The notes beneath the pieces were generated by a model that was not told the DNA's origin, did not search any database, and saw only the letters and a list, made by a program, of their open reading frames with translations. 64,000 nucleotides of DNA from an uncultured Actinomycetota bacterium (GTDB lineage Bacteria > Actinomycetota > Actinomycetes > Propionibacteriales > Nocardioidaceae). The position numbers and the translations under genes are program-made. Position 1 is the stretch's first letter. The number at the start of each line of letters is the position of its first letter. This document shows, piece after piece, positions 35,192 through 46,609 of this stretch. The DNA is taken from the NCBI GenBank assembly GCA_963729095.1, contig CAVSMX010000021.1, positions 46,468 to 110,467 on the forward strand, read 5' to 3'.

Positions 35192-37405
35192 GTGAACGCA
35201 CTGCTCGAACGTCTCGGCCTGTTCGTGAGCCGGCACCGTTGGTGGGTGCTCGGCGTGTGGGTGCTGATGCTGCTCGGCGCGATTGGCGCCAACCGAGCCG
35301 CCGGGGGCGACTTCGTCAACGACTACACGGTGCCGGGCAGCGAGTCCGCCGACGGTCTCGACGTGCTCGACAGCGACTTCTCCGGAGCCAGCGGTTACAG
35401 CGGCCAGATCGTCTTCCACGCCGGAGACGGCAAGAAGGTGAGCAGCCAACAGTCGGCGGTCAAGAAGGCGGTCGGCAACATCCGCAACCTCGACCACGTC
35501 ATCAAGGCGACCGACCCGCTGAGCCAGCAGGGCACGCCCGAGGTGTCGAAGGACGGCACCATCGCCTACAGCAGCGTGTCGTGGGACGTCGTACCGGCCT
35601 CGCTCGACGAGTCCTACCTCGACGACCTGGACGACGCGGTCAAGCCGGCGCGCGACGCCGGAATCACCGTGGAGTACGGCGGCGGCGCCGGCCAGATCGG
35701 TCAGGCACCGGACGACGCGCTCTCGGAGGTGATCGGGCTCGGCGCGGCCCTGGTGCTCCTGCTCATCATGTTCGGGTCGCTGGTCGCCGCACTGATCCCC
35801 CTGGTCGGTGCGATCTTCAGCGTCGGCATCGGCCTGTCGCTGGTCGGTCTCGTGGCCGCGGCCATCCACCTGCCGACCACCGCCCCCACGGTGGCGACGC
35901 TGCTCGGTCTCGGGGTGGCCGTCGACTACGGGCTGTTCCTGGTGGCCCGGCATCGCGAGCAGCTCGACCACGGCATGGACATGGACGAGTCGATCGGCAA
36001 GACGACGGCCACCTCCGGTGCGTCGGTGGTGGTCGCCGGCAGCACCGTCGTCATCGCGATCCTCGGGCTCTACGTCTCGTCGGTCCCGTTCGTTGGCGCG
36101 CTCGGCCTCGCCTCCGCCATCGTCGTCGCGGCCACGATGCTGTCGGCGCTGACCCTCGTGCCGGCGTTCCTGGCGATCTCTCGCAACCGGGTCCGGGCCC
36201 GGTCCGAGCGGCGCGAGCAGGCCGCCGGAGGCCACCCCGACCACTCGCACGAGAACAGCGCGTTCGCCCGATGGGGCCGGATGGTCAGCGACAAGCCCTG
36301 GCCGTGGGCGGTCGGCAGCCTGGTCGTGCTGCTGGTCCTCGCCGTACCCGTGCTGAGCCTGCGGCTCGGCCAGCTCGACGCCGGCAGCGATCCCACGTCC
36401 CAGTCGGACCGGCGGGCGTACGACCTGATCGCGGAGGGCTTCGGCGACGGCGCCAACGGCCCGCTCACCGTGGTTCTGACGCTGCCGAAGGAGTCACAGT
36501 CGGACACCCAGAGCCTCCTCACCTCGGCCCAGAAGACGCTCACGGACACCGACGGCGTCGCCGCCGTCGCCGCGCCCTCGCTCAACTCCGACGGCACGGT
36601 CGCGGTACTCAACGTCGTACCGACCACCGCGCCTGACGACGAGGCAACCTCGGATCTCGTCGACCACCTCCGCGACGACGTGCTCCCGGGGCTCGGGGCG
36701 ACCGACACCTACCTGGTCGGTACGACGGCGGGCTACGTCGACTTCACCGAGAAGGTCGGCCAGCGGATGATCTGGCTGATCCTGGCCGTCGTCCTGCTCG
36801 CCCTGATACTTCTCACCGTCGCCTTCCGGTCCCTGGTGATCTCGTTCAAGGCCGCGGTGCTCAACCTCCTCTCGGTGGGGGCGGCGTACGGCGTGGTGGT
36901 CGCGGTGTTCCAGTGGGGCTGGGGCTCCCAGCTCCTGGGCATCGACCAGGACCTACCGATCCCCGCGTTCGTGCCGATGCTGATGTTCGCGATCGTGTTC
37001 GGCCTCTCCATGGACTACGAGGTGTTCCTGCTGTCGCGGGTGCGAGAGGCATGGCACCGGACCGGCGACGCGCACCGGGCGGTGGCCATCGGCATCGGCA
37101 GCACCGCACGCGTGATCACGACCGCCGCGGCGATCATGGTCGCGGTCTTCTCCAGCTTCGTGCTCGACACCGACCCGACGATCAAGATGCTCGCGGTGGG
37201 CATGGCGGTCGCGGTGCTGATCGACGCGAGCATCGTCCGGATGATCCTCGTACCCGCCTTGATGTCGATCCTCGGTCCGCACGCCTGGTGGCTGCCTCGC
37301 TGGCTGGACCGGATCATCCCCGACCTGAAGCTCGAGGGACCGATAGAGGAGTCCGAGCCCGAGCCCGAGCCTGAGGCCGAGCCCGAGCCCGAGCCAGCGC
37401 GGTGA
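35192..37405 (+). CDS. MMPL/RND family transporter
   Basis: GLGVAVDYGLF, FGLSMDYEVFLLSR, ITTAAAIM, DASIVRMILVPA, WWLPRWLD. Confidence 0.92.
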   Translation: MNALLERLGLFVSRHRWWVLGVWVLMLLGAIGANRAAGGDFVNDYTVPGSESADGLDVLDSDFSGASGYSGQIVFHAGDGKKVSSQQSAVKKAVGNIRNLDHVIKATDPLSQQGTPEVSKDGTIAYSSVSWDVVPASLDESYLDDLDDAVKPARDAGITVEYGGGAGQIGQAPDDALSEVIGLGAALVLLLIMFGSLVAALIPLVGAIFSVGIGLSLVGLVAAAIHLPTTAPTVATLLGLGVAVDYGLFLVARHREQLDHGMDMDESIGKTTATSGASVVVAGSTVVIAILGLYVSSVPFVGALGLASAIVVAATMLSALTLVPAFLAISRNRVRARSERREQAAGGHPDHSHENSAFARWGRMVSDKPWPWAVGSLVVLLVLAVPVLSLRLGQLDAGSDPTSQSDRRAYDLIAEGFGDGANGPLTVVLTLPKESQSDTQSLLTSAQKTLTDTDGVAAVAAPSLNSDGTVAVLNVVPTTAPDDEATSDLVDHLRDDVLPGLGATDTYLVGTTAGYVDFTEKVGQRMIWLILAVVLLALILLTVAFRSLVISFKAAVLNLLSVGAAYGVVVAVFQWGWGSQLLGIDQDLPIPAFVPMLMFAIVFGLSMDYEVFLLSRVREAWHRTGDAHRAVAIGIGSTARVITTAAAIMVAVFSSFVLDTDPTIKMLAVGMAVAVLIDASIVRMILVPALMSILGPHAWWLPRWLDRIIPDLKLEGPIEESEPEPEPEAEPEPEPAR

Positions 37406-37513
37406 GCGATTGACGAACCTCCCACTCACCCGCTTCGGATGAGGCCGGGGCCGGCTGGCCCCGGCAGGGTGAAGCGACATCCGACAGGCGTCACCCCCGG
37501 AGGAGTAGGCGCT

Positions 37514-38194
37514 ATGCAGCAGGAAGTGGCCGGCTTGGTGAGACTGACGGCGGCGCGCCGGCTGGTCCGGCTCAATGTCGTTGCCGCGACCGCCTTCTTC
37601 CTGGGCGGCTCCCTGTTTGCTCTCGGGGCGGCTTTCGCCCAGCTCGACATCGGCAGCCTCCCGACCGTCAACATCACGTACCTGGTGGGGGGCTGCTTCT
37701 TCAGCCTCGGTGGCTACGTGTCGATCCTCCTCGTCAGGGGCACTGACGACCGGCTCGGTTGGCGGAGTGCGGTCGTCCTGTTCGTCGGGACGCTGCTCTT
37801 CGCGGTCAGCCTGATCGCGGCATTCGCCAACGGACTGACCCCGCGACAGTCCGACGGATGGATCTGGCTGCCCGACATCCTCGGATGCGTGTGCTTCCTC
37901 GTGTCGGGGCACCTCGCGATGCTCGACGTGGGCGGCGGGCGGATCAGGGTCCGGGCACACCTGCTGGGCTGGTGGATCGTGGCTGTGAACCAGTTCGGCT
38001 CCGTCCTCTTCTTCCTCGCAGGGATGGCCGCATTCACGCGTCCGGCGACGTCCACTGACCTGGACGCCGCACTGGTCAACTGGGGGACCTTCGCGGGTGC
38101 GGCGTGCTTCGCGATCGGCGGGATCCTGCAGGAATTCGACAGCCCTCACCCAACACAGAACGGTGGACGACCCAACCATGACGAAGCTCAGTAA
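37514..38194 (+). CDS. Multi-pass membrane protein (YrhK-like repeats), overlaps the gad start
   Basis: Repeated F..GG/GS.LF helices; GGAG RBS before ATG at 37514. Confidence 0.65.
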   Translation: MQQEVAGLVRLTAARRLVRLNVVAATAFFLGGSLFALGAAFAQLDIGSLPTVNITYLVGGCFFSLGGYVSILLVRGTDDRLGWRSAVVLFVGTLLFAVSLIAAFANGLTPRQSDGWIWLPDILGCVCFLVSGHLAMLDVGGGRIRVRAHLLGWWIVAVNQFGSVLFFLAGMAAFTRPATSTDLDAALVNWGTFAGAACFAIGGILQEFDSPHPTQNGGRPNHDEAQ

Positions 38195-39557
38195 GGCCGA
38201 GGCGGTAGCGCTGTTCGGCAACCGGTTCCTGACCGAGGCGGCACCCTCACAGTCCTTCCCCGAGAACGGGATGCCTCCCGTCGAAGCCATGCGACTGGTG
38301 GACGAGGACCTCGCCATGGAAGGCGACCCTCAGCGCAACTTGGCCACCTTCGTGACGACCTGGATGGAACCCGAGGCGCAGCGGATCATCGCCGAGAACC
38401 TCCACCGCAACTTCATCGACCACGCGGAGTACCCGATCTCCGCCGAGATCGAGCAACGCTGCGTGCGGATGCTCGCCGACCTGTTCAACGCGCCGGCGGG
38501 CGAGGCGACGGGCTGCCGGACCCAGGGCTCGTCCGAGGCGATCATGCTCGGCGCCCTCTCCCTGAAGTGGAAGTGGAAGGAGCGTCAGGAGGCAGCGAAC
38601 CGCTCGACGGACCGGCCGAACCTGGTGTTCGGAGGAGACGTCCACGTGGTGTGGGAGAAGTTCTGCCGCTACTTCGACGTGGAGCCGCGGATCGTCCCGC
38701 TCGCGGAGGACAAGTACATCATCGGCCCCGACGACGTGGAGCCGCACCTCGACGAGAACACGATCGGCGTCGCGGCCGTTCTCGGCACGACCTTCACCGG
38801 TCACATGGACGACATCGTCGGCATCAACGAGCTGCTGCTCGACGTCAAGAACAAGCGCGACCTCGACATCCCACTCCACGTCGACGGCGCCAGCGGCGGC
38901 TTCGTCTGGCCGTTCCTCTACCCCGACTCCAAGTGGGACTTCCGGCTCGAGCAGGTCCGCTCGATCAACGTGTCGGGCCACAAGTACGGGCTCGTCTACC
39001 CGGGCATCGGCTGGCTGGTGTTCCGGGAGTCGTCCGACCTGGCCCAGGACCTGGTCTTCTACGAGAACTACCTCGGCAAGACCGACGCGACGTTCACCCT
39101 GAACTTCTCCACGGGAGCGTCGATGGTCCTGGCGCAGTACTACAACTTCGTCCGCCTGGGTCGCGACGGCTACACCTACGTGATGAAGCAGATGCAGCAG
39201 AACGCCCATGCCCTGGCCGCCAACCTGCGCGACGCCGGCCGGTTCGAGGTGATCGGCGAGAACCTGGAGCAGCTGCCGCTGGTGGCGTTCCGGCTGGCGG
39301 GCGGCCACACCGCCTTCGACGAGTCGGACGTCGCGTGGCAGCTCTCGGCGGAGCGCGGCTGGATGGTCCCGGCGTACACCCTCCCGCCGAACGCCGAGAA
39401 GGTGAAGATCATGCGCGCGCTGGTCAAGGAGACGATGAGCCGCGAACAGGTCGAACGGCTGACCCAGGACATTGCCGACGCCTGCGCGACGCTCGACCAG
39501 AAGGGCGCGGCCTCACACGTCGAACGTGAGCAGATCAAGATGGGGACCGGTTACTGA
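38178..39557 (+). CDS. gadB: Glutamate decarboxylase
   Basis: NLATFVTTWMEPEA, GSSEAIML, HVDGASGGF, SINVSGHKYG (PLP lysine), GWMVPAY. Confidence 0.93.
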   Translation: MTKLSKAEAVALFGNRFLTEAAPSQSFPENGMPPVEAMRLVDEDLAMEGDPQRNLATFVTTWMEPEAQRIIAENLHRNFIDHAEYPISAEIEQRCVRMLADLFNAPAGEATGCRTQGSSEAIMLGALSLKWKWKERQEAANRSTDRPNLVFGGDVHVVWEKFCRYFDVEPRIVPLAEDKYIIGPDDVEPHLDENTIGVAAVLGTTFTGHMDDIVGINELLLDVKNKRDLDIPLHVDGASGGFVWPFLYPDSKWDFRLEQVRSINVSGHKYGLVYPGIGWLVFRESSDLAQDLVFYENYLGKTDATFTLNFSTGASMVLAQYYNFVRLGRDGYTYVMKQMQQNAHALAANLRDAGRFEVIGENLEQLPLVAFRLAGGHTAFDESDVAWQLSAERGWMVPAYTLPPNAEKVKIMRALVKETMSREQVERLTQDIADACATLDQKGAASHVEREQIKMGTGY

Positions 39558-39590
39558 CCGGGCCAGTTGCAGGACCCGTCCCAGGTGCCG

Positions 39591-42500
39591 CTAGGCGATC
39601 TCGCCCGGGCGGTGGCGCCGGGACCAGGCCACCATGGCGGTTCCGGAGAGGATCAGCAGGAAGCCGAGTACGAGCAGGGTGCGCAGCCAGGGCGGGGCGC
39701 CGGTGTCGGGAAGGTCGCCTGCGTCGGGACCCGAACCCGGTCCAGGCGGTGTCACGGCTGGGCCGACGTCTCTCGGGCGTGACGATGACGTGGGCGCGGT
39801 CGCGGTCCGTGGGCTCGCAGGTGGGTGCTGCAGCGGCGCGTCCGGGCGTCGGCGCGTCGTCGCACAGCGGCTCGCCGTCCGGGTCCGACGGCCGTGCCCC
39901 CGACGACGACCGTGTTGGTCGTGTCCTCGTCGACGAAGGTGGTGCACGTGAAGATCCAGGTCTCGTCCAGGCTGTCCTCGAAGATGCTGTTCGGCGTGTC
40001 GAGCAGGCCGTCCCTGTCGCTGGTCGCCGGAGACGTACTCCACGGGCGAGCAGGTGTCGTCGGTGATCCGGTCCTCGACGCCGGCCAGCGGCACGTCTCC
40101 GGTGTTGCGCACCTGGTAGGTGTAGGTGACCTCACCGGCGCCGACCAGCTTGGTCGGGGCTCGCCGACTTGATCGACCTCGATGCCGGGATGGAACGCCG
40201 TGCACCTGGGCGGTGGCGAAGTCGAACACGGGGATCTCGCGCGTCGATGGTGCTGCCACCCAGTGGCCCGCACCGCGCGCCAGGTCGACGGTGGCTTCCG
40301 GTCGATCGTGCCCTGGCAGGCGTAGACGCCAGGTCTCCGGCGGGATCCGGTCGAGGAAGTCGTCCTGGTTGCCGCCCTCCTTGGCGACAAGAGTCGGCAG
40401 GCTGACACGCCGGGTTGGCCGGGAAGGTGACGTCGCCCAGCTCCACCGTGCCAGGATGTCGTCGGCCGGCGACCGGGCTCTGGCCGATGTTGGTCACCGT
40501 CGAAGGCGTAGTCCACGGTCGAGCCGGCCGGAACCAGGGTCGTCACTGACGGACTTCTCCAGGTTGATGGCCGGGTCGATGCACGGTGACCTCGGCCGTG
40601 TCGCTCGTCGTCATAGGTGTTGCCGAGCGGGTCGACGCCGCTGACCGTCACCGTGTTGATGTCGGTGGTCGCCGGCGGCGCGGGCAAGCCCGATGGCCCG
40701 CGTGCAGGTGTAGATCCAGGTCTCCGGGCTGCCCGTGTTGGCGCCCGTCGAGGAGGCCGTTGCCGTTGCTGTCGCCGCCGGTGCAGCTCGAGCGGCGCGC
40801 ACTTGTCGTCGACCGGGACCGACGGGTCGAGGCCGACGTCACCGGTGTTGGTCACCTCGATCGTGTAGGTCACGTTGCGGCCGGCCAGGACCGCGTCGGT
40901 GAGGCGGTCTTGGTGATGCTGATGCCCGGCTCGATGACGAGGACCTGGGCGGTGTCGTTGTCGCTCACCGGCCGTTGTCGGGCACGAGGCTCGCCCTCGA
41001 AGACCGGCACGCCGCTCACGGTCGACCGTGTTCGTGACGAGTCCCGACTCGTCGCCGTGACGGGCGGGGTGTTCGCCTGCTGCGCTCCAAGCGTGGTCGT
41101 CGCAGCGTGTAGTGCCACACCTCGTCGGGGTCGAGCAGCCCGTCGCCGTTGGTGTCGCCCACGCAGTCGCGGGACCAGCGGCGTAGCAGATGTCGTCGAC
41201 GGCGGGTCGGGATCGAGCTCAGCGGCACCGTGCCGGTGTTGGTGACGTCGTAGAGTGTACTCGCGCCGGTCGCGGCGTCGGGACGTCGGGGCCCGTGACC
41301 GCGGGTCGCGTCGGGGTCGAGCACACGGGTCACGCAGGGCGGTCTTGGTGACCGCGATGCCCGGGCGTCGACGACGTCGACGACGGCCGCCAGCGTCGTC
41401 GGTCACGGGGTCGACGCCGGGAACGGGTGCCCCGCCGGCGACCGAGGGCTGGCCGGCGATGCTGCGCGATGTTGACGGTCGTCTCGCGTCGACCGTCGCC
41501 CGGGCAGGTGAACTTCCACTTCTCGCCGGGATCGAGCAGCTCGTTGCCGTTGGCGTCGCCGCTGACGTAGGTGGCCGGCGAGTCGCAGCGCCGGATCGAC
41601 GATCCAGCCCGGCATCCTGCGCGGCCGGGACTCACCGGCCGGCGGCGCCCGGGCCGGTTCAGCGGGGCGTCGCCGGGGTTGGTGGCCGTGAACGTGTAGG
41701 TCACCGGCTCGGCGGCGGTCGTCCGTCGGGCAGCAGCACACGTCGGGCTCGGCCGTCCTTGTCGAGGTCGATGGCCGGGTTGACGACCGACACCGTCGGC
41801 GTGGTCGGTGGCGGTCACCGGCGGGTTCGGGGCCGGGAACGGGTTGCGCTCGCGCCGTCGGGTTGAGCGGCGTCGCCGTCACGGTGGCCGTGTTGATCAC
41901 GTCGTCGGTCGGAGTCGGCGTCGCACGTGTAGGTCCACGTCTCCCCGACGTCGAGGACGTCGTCGCCGTTGCCGGGGTCGTCCGGTCCGCGCGTCGGGTC
42001 GGTCGCACGGCGGCGTGTCGTCGTCGAGCTCGACCGTGCCGAGCGGCGGTGTTGCCCGCGTTGGTCGACGGCGTAGGTGTACGTCACCTGCTGCGCCGGA
42101 GGGGATCGTCGCCGGCTCGCTGCCGTTCGACGAGCTTGGTGAGCGACGATCGCGGGGTTGAAGGCGTCGACGTCGTCGGTCGGCGTCCGTCGGTGACCGG
42201 CGTGCCGGTCGGGGTCGGTGCCGCGACGCGTCAGCGGTGTTCACGATGTTCTGGCCGCCCGGGTCGGTCGAGGCCGGCGTCTGAGCTCCCGCTCGCAGGC
42301 ACTGAACTCCCACGTCCTCGCCCGGGTCGAGCTAGCCGTCGCCGTCGGTGTCGCCGGCGTTGGGACCCGTCGCGCGGCACCGGCGCGACCGGCCCGCAGT
42401 TGTCATCGGTCGACGCTGACACGTGGCCGAGCGGCGTGTTGCCCGGGTTGGTCACCACGAAGGTCGACGTCACGGTGGGCCGGTGGGTCGAGGTCGCCGC

Positions 42501-43881
42501 GCACCTCGGTCGGGCGTGTTGACCTTGGTGAGCGCGATGTCCGGGCGCGTAGTCGAAGGAGTTGTAGACCTTGCAGGTCCCGATCTCCTGCCCGATCGGA
42601 TCGAGGTCGAAGGACGGGCGTTCGGGTGTCGGCGAAGCTCGCCCTGAGACCGTGCGGACGTTGCCGTCACTCGTCCCGGAACTCGCAGACGAAGTCGTTG
42701 TCGCGTCCGGGTCTGCCCGCCGTGTAGCCGGGTCTCGAGCGCCTCCGCCACGGTGGCCGCGGAGTCCGCTTCCGGAGGATCGGCTCCCACTGGAACTGGG
42801 CGAAGCCGTCGGCGTCGGTGGCGGACGCGTCTTGGACGTGGCGGGGGCGCCGTTCGGGAGGATCCAGCGGAACCCGGTGCCGCCCGGCACCGTCGGGGTC
42901 ACCGTCATGTCCCAGCCCTGCGGCCGGGTGCGTACGCCGGCGTCGTCGGCGGTCTGGGCGAGCTTCTGGATCGTCAGCGAGGGCGAGCACAGCTGGAGGA
43001 CGACGCCGCGCATGAACGCGGCCAGGTCGTCGAAGTCGGTGACGAGGGCGACGTCGACGTCGTTGAGGCTGTCGACGTTGGCGAGGTCGGCGTCGCGGAC
43101 GACCTGGGGCCGGAGATCTGCGTCAGCCGGCTCTGCGCTGGCCGAGTTGCTCAGCGCCGGAGCCGACGCCGACCGCGAGCATCCGGGTGTCGCTGGTTCT
43201 TGACCCGGTTGGCCTCCTCGATCGCCCGGTCCATGGTGACGGCCAGCGGCGGACCGCTGCTGGTCGGTTGAACGCCGACGTCCGGCGGCGGCCGGTGACC
43301 GGGTCGCCGGCCTGGTTGAAGTCGTAGGCCGTCGGGTCGCCGTCGGTGACGTAGACGACGAGGTCCGGAGTCGGTCTGCGCCGGCCTGGCCCAGGGACTG
43401 GTCCCAGTTGGTGTACTGGTTGTTGCTCTCGTTGTTGTTGACAGTGAAGCGGCCGTTGCTGTACTGCCAGAAGTCGACACCGTTCGGCCGCGGTGGCCGC
43501 GGGTTGTAGTAGCCAGAGATCGCGTTGCGTAGCGCCCCGCCCGGGCCGAGCGACCGGTCGTCGACCACGGTGCTGGGCGCCAGCTGCTGGGCCACCGTGC
43601 CGAACTGCGTCACCCGGGCGGTCGACGCCGTGTTCGACAGGGCATCGAGGAACGCCTCGGCCGCATCGCGCACCTGGTTGACCGCGCCGGAGCGCCTGCA
43701 CCGATCCGGATGCGTCGAGCACGAGCGTCAGGTCGAGGCCGCACTTCTCCTCGATCTCCGGGTTGGGTTCCGGGACCACCTGCGCTGCGGCCGGAGACGT
43801 GCCGAGACTGGCCACGCTGACCAAGAAGGCCGAAGCGATGGCCAGGACCAGGGGAAGCCGCAAGCGGTGGCCCAAAGGCAC
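39591..43881 (-). CDS. Large sortase-anchored surface protein: signal peptide, vWA domain, multiple DUF11/DUF7507-like Ig repeats, LPDTG anchor; many frameshifts
   Basis: MPLGHRLRLPLVLAIA...AAAQ; LVLDASGS (MIDAS); VYVTDGDP; repeated VTYT..V.NTG..PL and GD.NGNGLLD..ETW; LPDTG + TM + RRHR. Confidence 0.75.
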
Positions 43882-44038
43882 GGGCCGAATCTTGCCACAG
43901 AGTCGGGCGCAAATCGGGCACGCTTGGCGACTTTCGGCGCGTCAGTGCTCCGGTCGGGCCCACCCGGACTTGACCGCTCTGTTCGGGCGGCATGCGTACG
44001 CGTACAGTCCGAACTGGCTCGGGGGAGCGGAGGCAGAC

Positions 44039-44237
44039 ATGCCGACAGGCAGGCAAGCCCGACCGAACCAGGGCAGGGTTGTTCCTCGTCGCGTTCAGCG
44101 TCATCGGGATCCTCACGATCATCGAGGGCAGCAACGATGGCTGGACCACCCTCAACTGGGTCGTCCTGGCCGTGAGCATCGTGTTCGGCGCCCAGTCCGT
44201 CCTCGTGCTCTCGAAGAGCCGATCCTCGAACACCTAG
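44039..44237 (+). CDS. Small two-TM membrane protein (possible 4-bp AGGC duplication just after the start)
   Basis: GGAGG RBS then ATG at 44039; hydrophobic frame AGLFLVAFSVIGILTI...NWVVLAVSIVFG is joined to it if one AGGC is removed. Confidence 0.45.
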
Positions 44238-44249
44238 ATCGCCGCGCTG

Positions 44250-44322
44250 CGCGCCCGTAGGGATTCGAACCCCAAACCTTCTGATCCGTAGTCAGATGCT
44301 CTATCCGTTGAGCTACGGGCGC
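44250..44322 (-). tRNA. tRNA-Arg(ACG)
   Basis: GCGCCCGTAGCTCAACGGATAGAGCA TCTGA CT ACG GA TCAGA ...GTTCGAATCC CTACGGGCGCG. Confidence 0.97.
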
Positions 44323-44667
44323 CCGTCACCCGGACTCGCCGAGCGACCGGTCGAGGATAGCCGAGCGGACTCCGGGGCAGCGAATCGCTGAGCCGGCGTA
44401 CCGCTTGTAACACGCCGTCCACCCATCTACCTGACCGCTGCAACGGCCCAGAAGATCGGTCAACAACGTGTTACATGCGGGATGGACCCACCGAGTGTGA
44501 TCCAGGCCACGGACCGTTGATCGATCCAATACCACCCGCGCGAACGCGGCACTACCCTCGGCGCAACCGAGGCCGGACCTGTGTGTTGCGGCCTCGTTGT
44601 CTTACCAAGTCGCCGACAACGACGCCGTGCGATCCACCGCGAATGCGCGAGAGGGAACACCACACGC

Positions 44668-46500
44668 ATGACCGCCGACACGCAGGCAGCCACCACCCAC
44701 CCCACGACCCATCAGGGCATCGTCGACTTCGTCGAAGAGATCGCGGCGCTCACCCAGCCCGACCGGATCCACTGGTGCACCGGCTCCGACGAGGAGTGGA
44801 CCGAGCTCACCGAGGCCCTGGTAGCCACCGGCACGTTCACCCGGCTGAACCCCGCGATCAAGCCCAACTCCTTCTACGCCGCGTCCGACCCGATCGACGT
44901 CGCGCGGGTCGAGGACCGCACCTTCATCTGCTCGGTCGACGAGCGCGACGCGGGTCCGACGAACAACTGGATGGACCCGACCGAGATGAAGGCGCTGATG
45001 CGCGGTCTCTACGACGGGTGCATGCGCGGTCGGACCATGTACGTCATCCCGTTCGTGATGGGCCACCTGGACGCCGAGAAGCCGATGTTCGGCGTGGAGC
45101 TCACCGACTCGGCGTACGTCACGGTCTCGATGCGAGTGATGGCCCGGATGGGCACCTCCGTGCTGGAGCGGATGGAGGAGCTGAACGCGGACTTCGTGCC
45201 GGCCCTGCACTCGGTCGGCATGCCCCTCACCGAGGGCCAGGCCGACGTGGCCTGGCCGTGCAGTGACACGAAGTACATCGTCCAGTTCCCCGAGGAGCGT
45301 GCGATCTGGTCCTTCGGATCCGGGTACGGCGGCAACGCGCTGCTCGGCAAGAAGTGCTACGCACTGCGCATCGCCAGCGTGATGGCCCGCGACGAGGGCT
45401 GGCTCGCCGAGCACATGTTGATCGTCAAGCTGACCAGCCCCGACGGCGTCGTGAAGTACGTCGCGGCGGCGTTCCCCAGCGCCTGCGGCAAGACCAACCT
45501 CGCGATGCTGCAGCCCACCATTCCCGGCTGGAAGGTGGAGACGCTCGGAGACGACATCGCGTGGATGCGGGTGGGCGACGACGGCCGGCTCTGGGCGGTC
45601 AACCCGGAGTACGGCTTCTTCGGCGTCGCGCCCGGGACCAACGAGCACACCAACCCCAACGCGATGCGGACCATCAACAAGGGCAACTCGGTCTTCACCA
45701 ACGTCGCGCTCACCGACGACGGCGACATCTGGTGGGAGGGCCTCGAGAACCCGCCGGCCAAGGCCACCAGCTGGAAGGGCGAGCCCTGGACAGCTGACAA
45801 GGAAGGAGCTGACGGCGTTCTTTCGAGCCACCCCAACAGCCGCTACTGCACGCCGATCACGCAGTGCGACATCCTCGCTCCGGAGTACGACGACCCGCGC
45901 GGCGTGCCGATCGACGCGATCCTGTTCGGCGGCCGCCGGAAGACCACGGTGCCGCTGGTGTTCGAGGCCCGCGACTGGACCCACGGCACCTTCCTCGGCG
46001 CGACCCTCTCCTCGGAGACCACCGCCGCCGCGGTCGGCGCGGTCGGCGTGGTGCGCCGCGACCCGATGGCGATGCTGCCGTTCATCGGTTACAACGCCGG
46101 TGACTACTTCAACCACTGGATCACCGTCGGCAAGGACAACGACGCAGCCAAGCTGCCGCGGATCTTCTACGTGAACTGGTTCCGCCGCGACGACCAGGGC
46201 GACTTCCTGTGGCCCGGGTTCGGCGAGAACAGCCGGATCCTGAAGTGGGTCGTCGAGCGGATCGACGGCCAGGCCGCGGCCGTGGAGACCCCGATCGGCC
46301 ACGTGCCGGCACCGGGCGCTCTGGACACCGACGGCCTGGACATGGCCGAGGACGCCCTGGCTGCAGCACTGCACGTCGACGTCGAGGAGTGGAAGGCCGA
46401 GGTCCCGCAGATCCAGGAGTGGTTCGAGAAGTTCGGCGACGATCTGCCGGCGGTCCTGTGGACCGAGCTCGACACGCTGAAGGCGCGCCTGGGCGAGTGA
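44668..46500 (+). CDS. pckG: Phosphoenolpyruvate carboxykinase (GTP)
   Basis: [64 protein letters not shown]. Confidence 0.97.
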   Translation: MTADTQAATTHPTTHQGIVDFVEEIAALTQPDRIHWCTGSDEEWTELTEALVATGTFTRLNPAIKPNSFYAASDPIDVARVEDRTFICSVDERDAGPTNNWMDPTEMKALMRGLYDGCMRGRTMYVIPFVMGHLDAEKPMFGVELTDSAYVTVSMRVMARMGTSVLERMEELNADFVPALHSVGMPLTEGQADVAWPCSDTKYIVQFPEERAIWSFGSGYGGNALLGKKCYALRIASVMARDEGWLAEHMLIVKLTSPDGVVKYVAAAFPSACGKTNLAMLQPTIPGWKVETLGDDIAWMRVGDDGRLWAVNPEYGFFGVAPGTNEHTNPNAMRTINKGNSVFTNVALTDDGDIWWEGLENPPAKATSWKGEPWTADKEGADGVLSSHPNSRYCTPITQCDILAPEYDDPRGVPIDAILFGGRRKTTVPLVFEARDWTHGTFLGATLSSETTAAAVGAVGVVRRDPMAMLPFIGYNAGDYFNHWITVGKDNDAAKLPRIFYVNWFRRDDQGDFLWPGFGENSRILKWVVERIDGQAAAVETPIGHVPAPGALDTDGLDMAEDALAAALHVDVEEWKAEVPQIQEWFEKFGDDLPAVLWTELDTLKARLGE

Positions 46501-46512
46501 CAAGGCGCCCCG

Positions 46513-46551
46513 ATCGAGGGCTGGCTCCGCTGGCCGGAGCGGGCCCTCGAT
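46513..46551 (+). terminator. Hairpin after pckG
   Basis: ATCGAGGGC..GCTCCG/CGGAGC..GCCCTCGAT stem. Confidence 0.6.
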
Positions 46552-46609
46552 GCCTTGTGTGGGATCATGGCGCCGTGCTCGGGCGGGGATACTGCGCAGG
46601 GAGGCACAT

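Noticed and set aside
37354-37395. GAGCCC tandem repeat as a contingency locus
   Set aside because: In-frame hexamer encoding a low-complexity EPEPEP tail of the MMPL protein; a similar tail ends the MFS at ~27700
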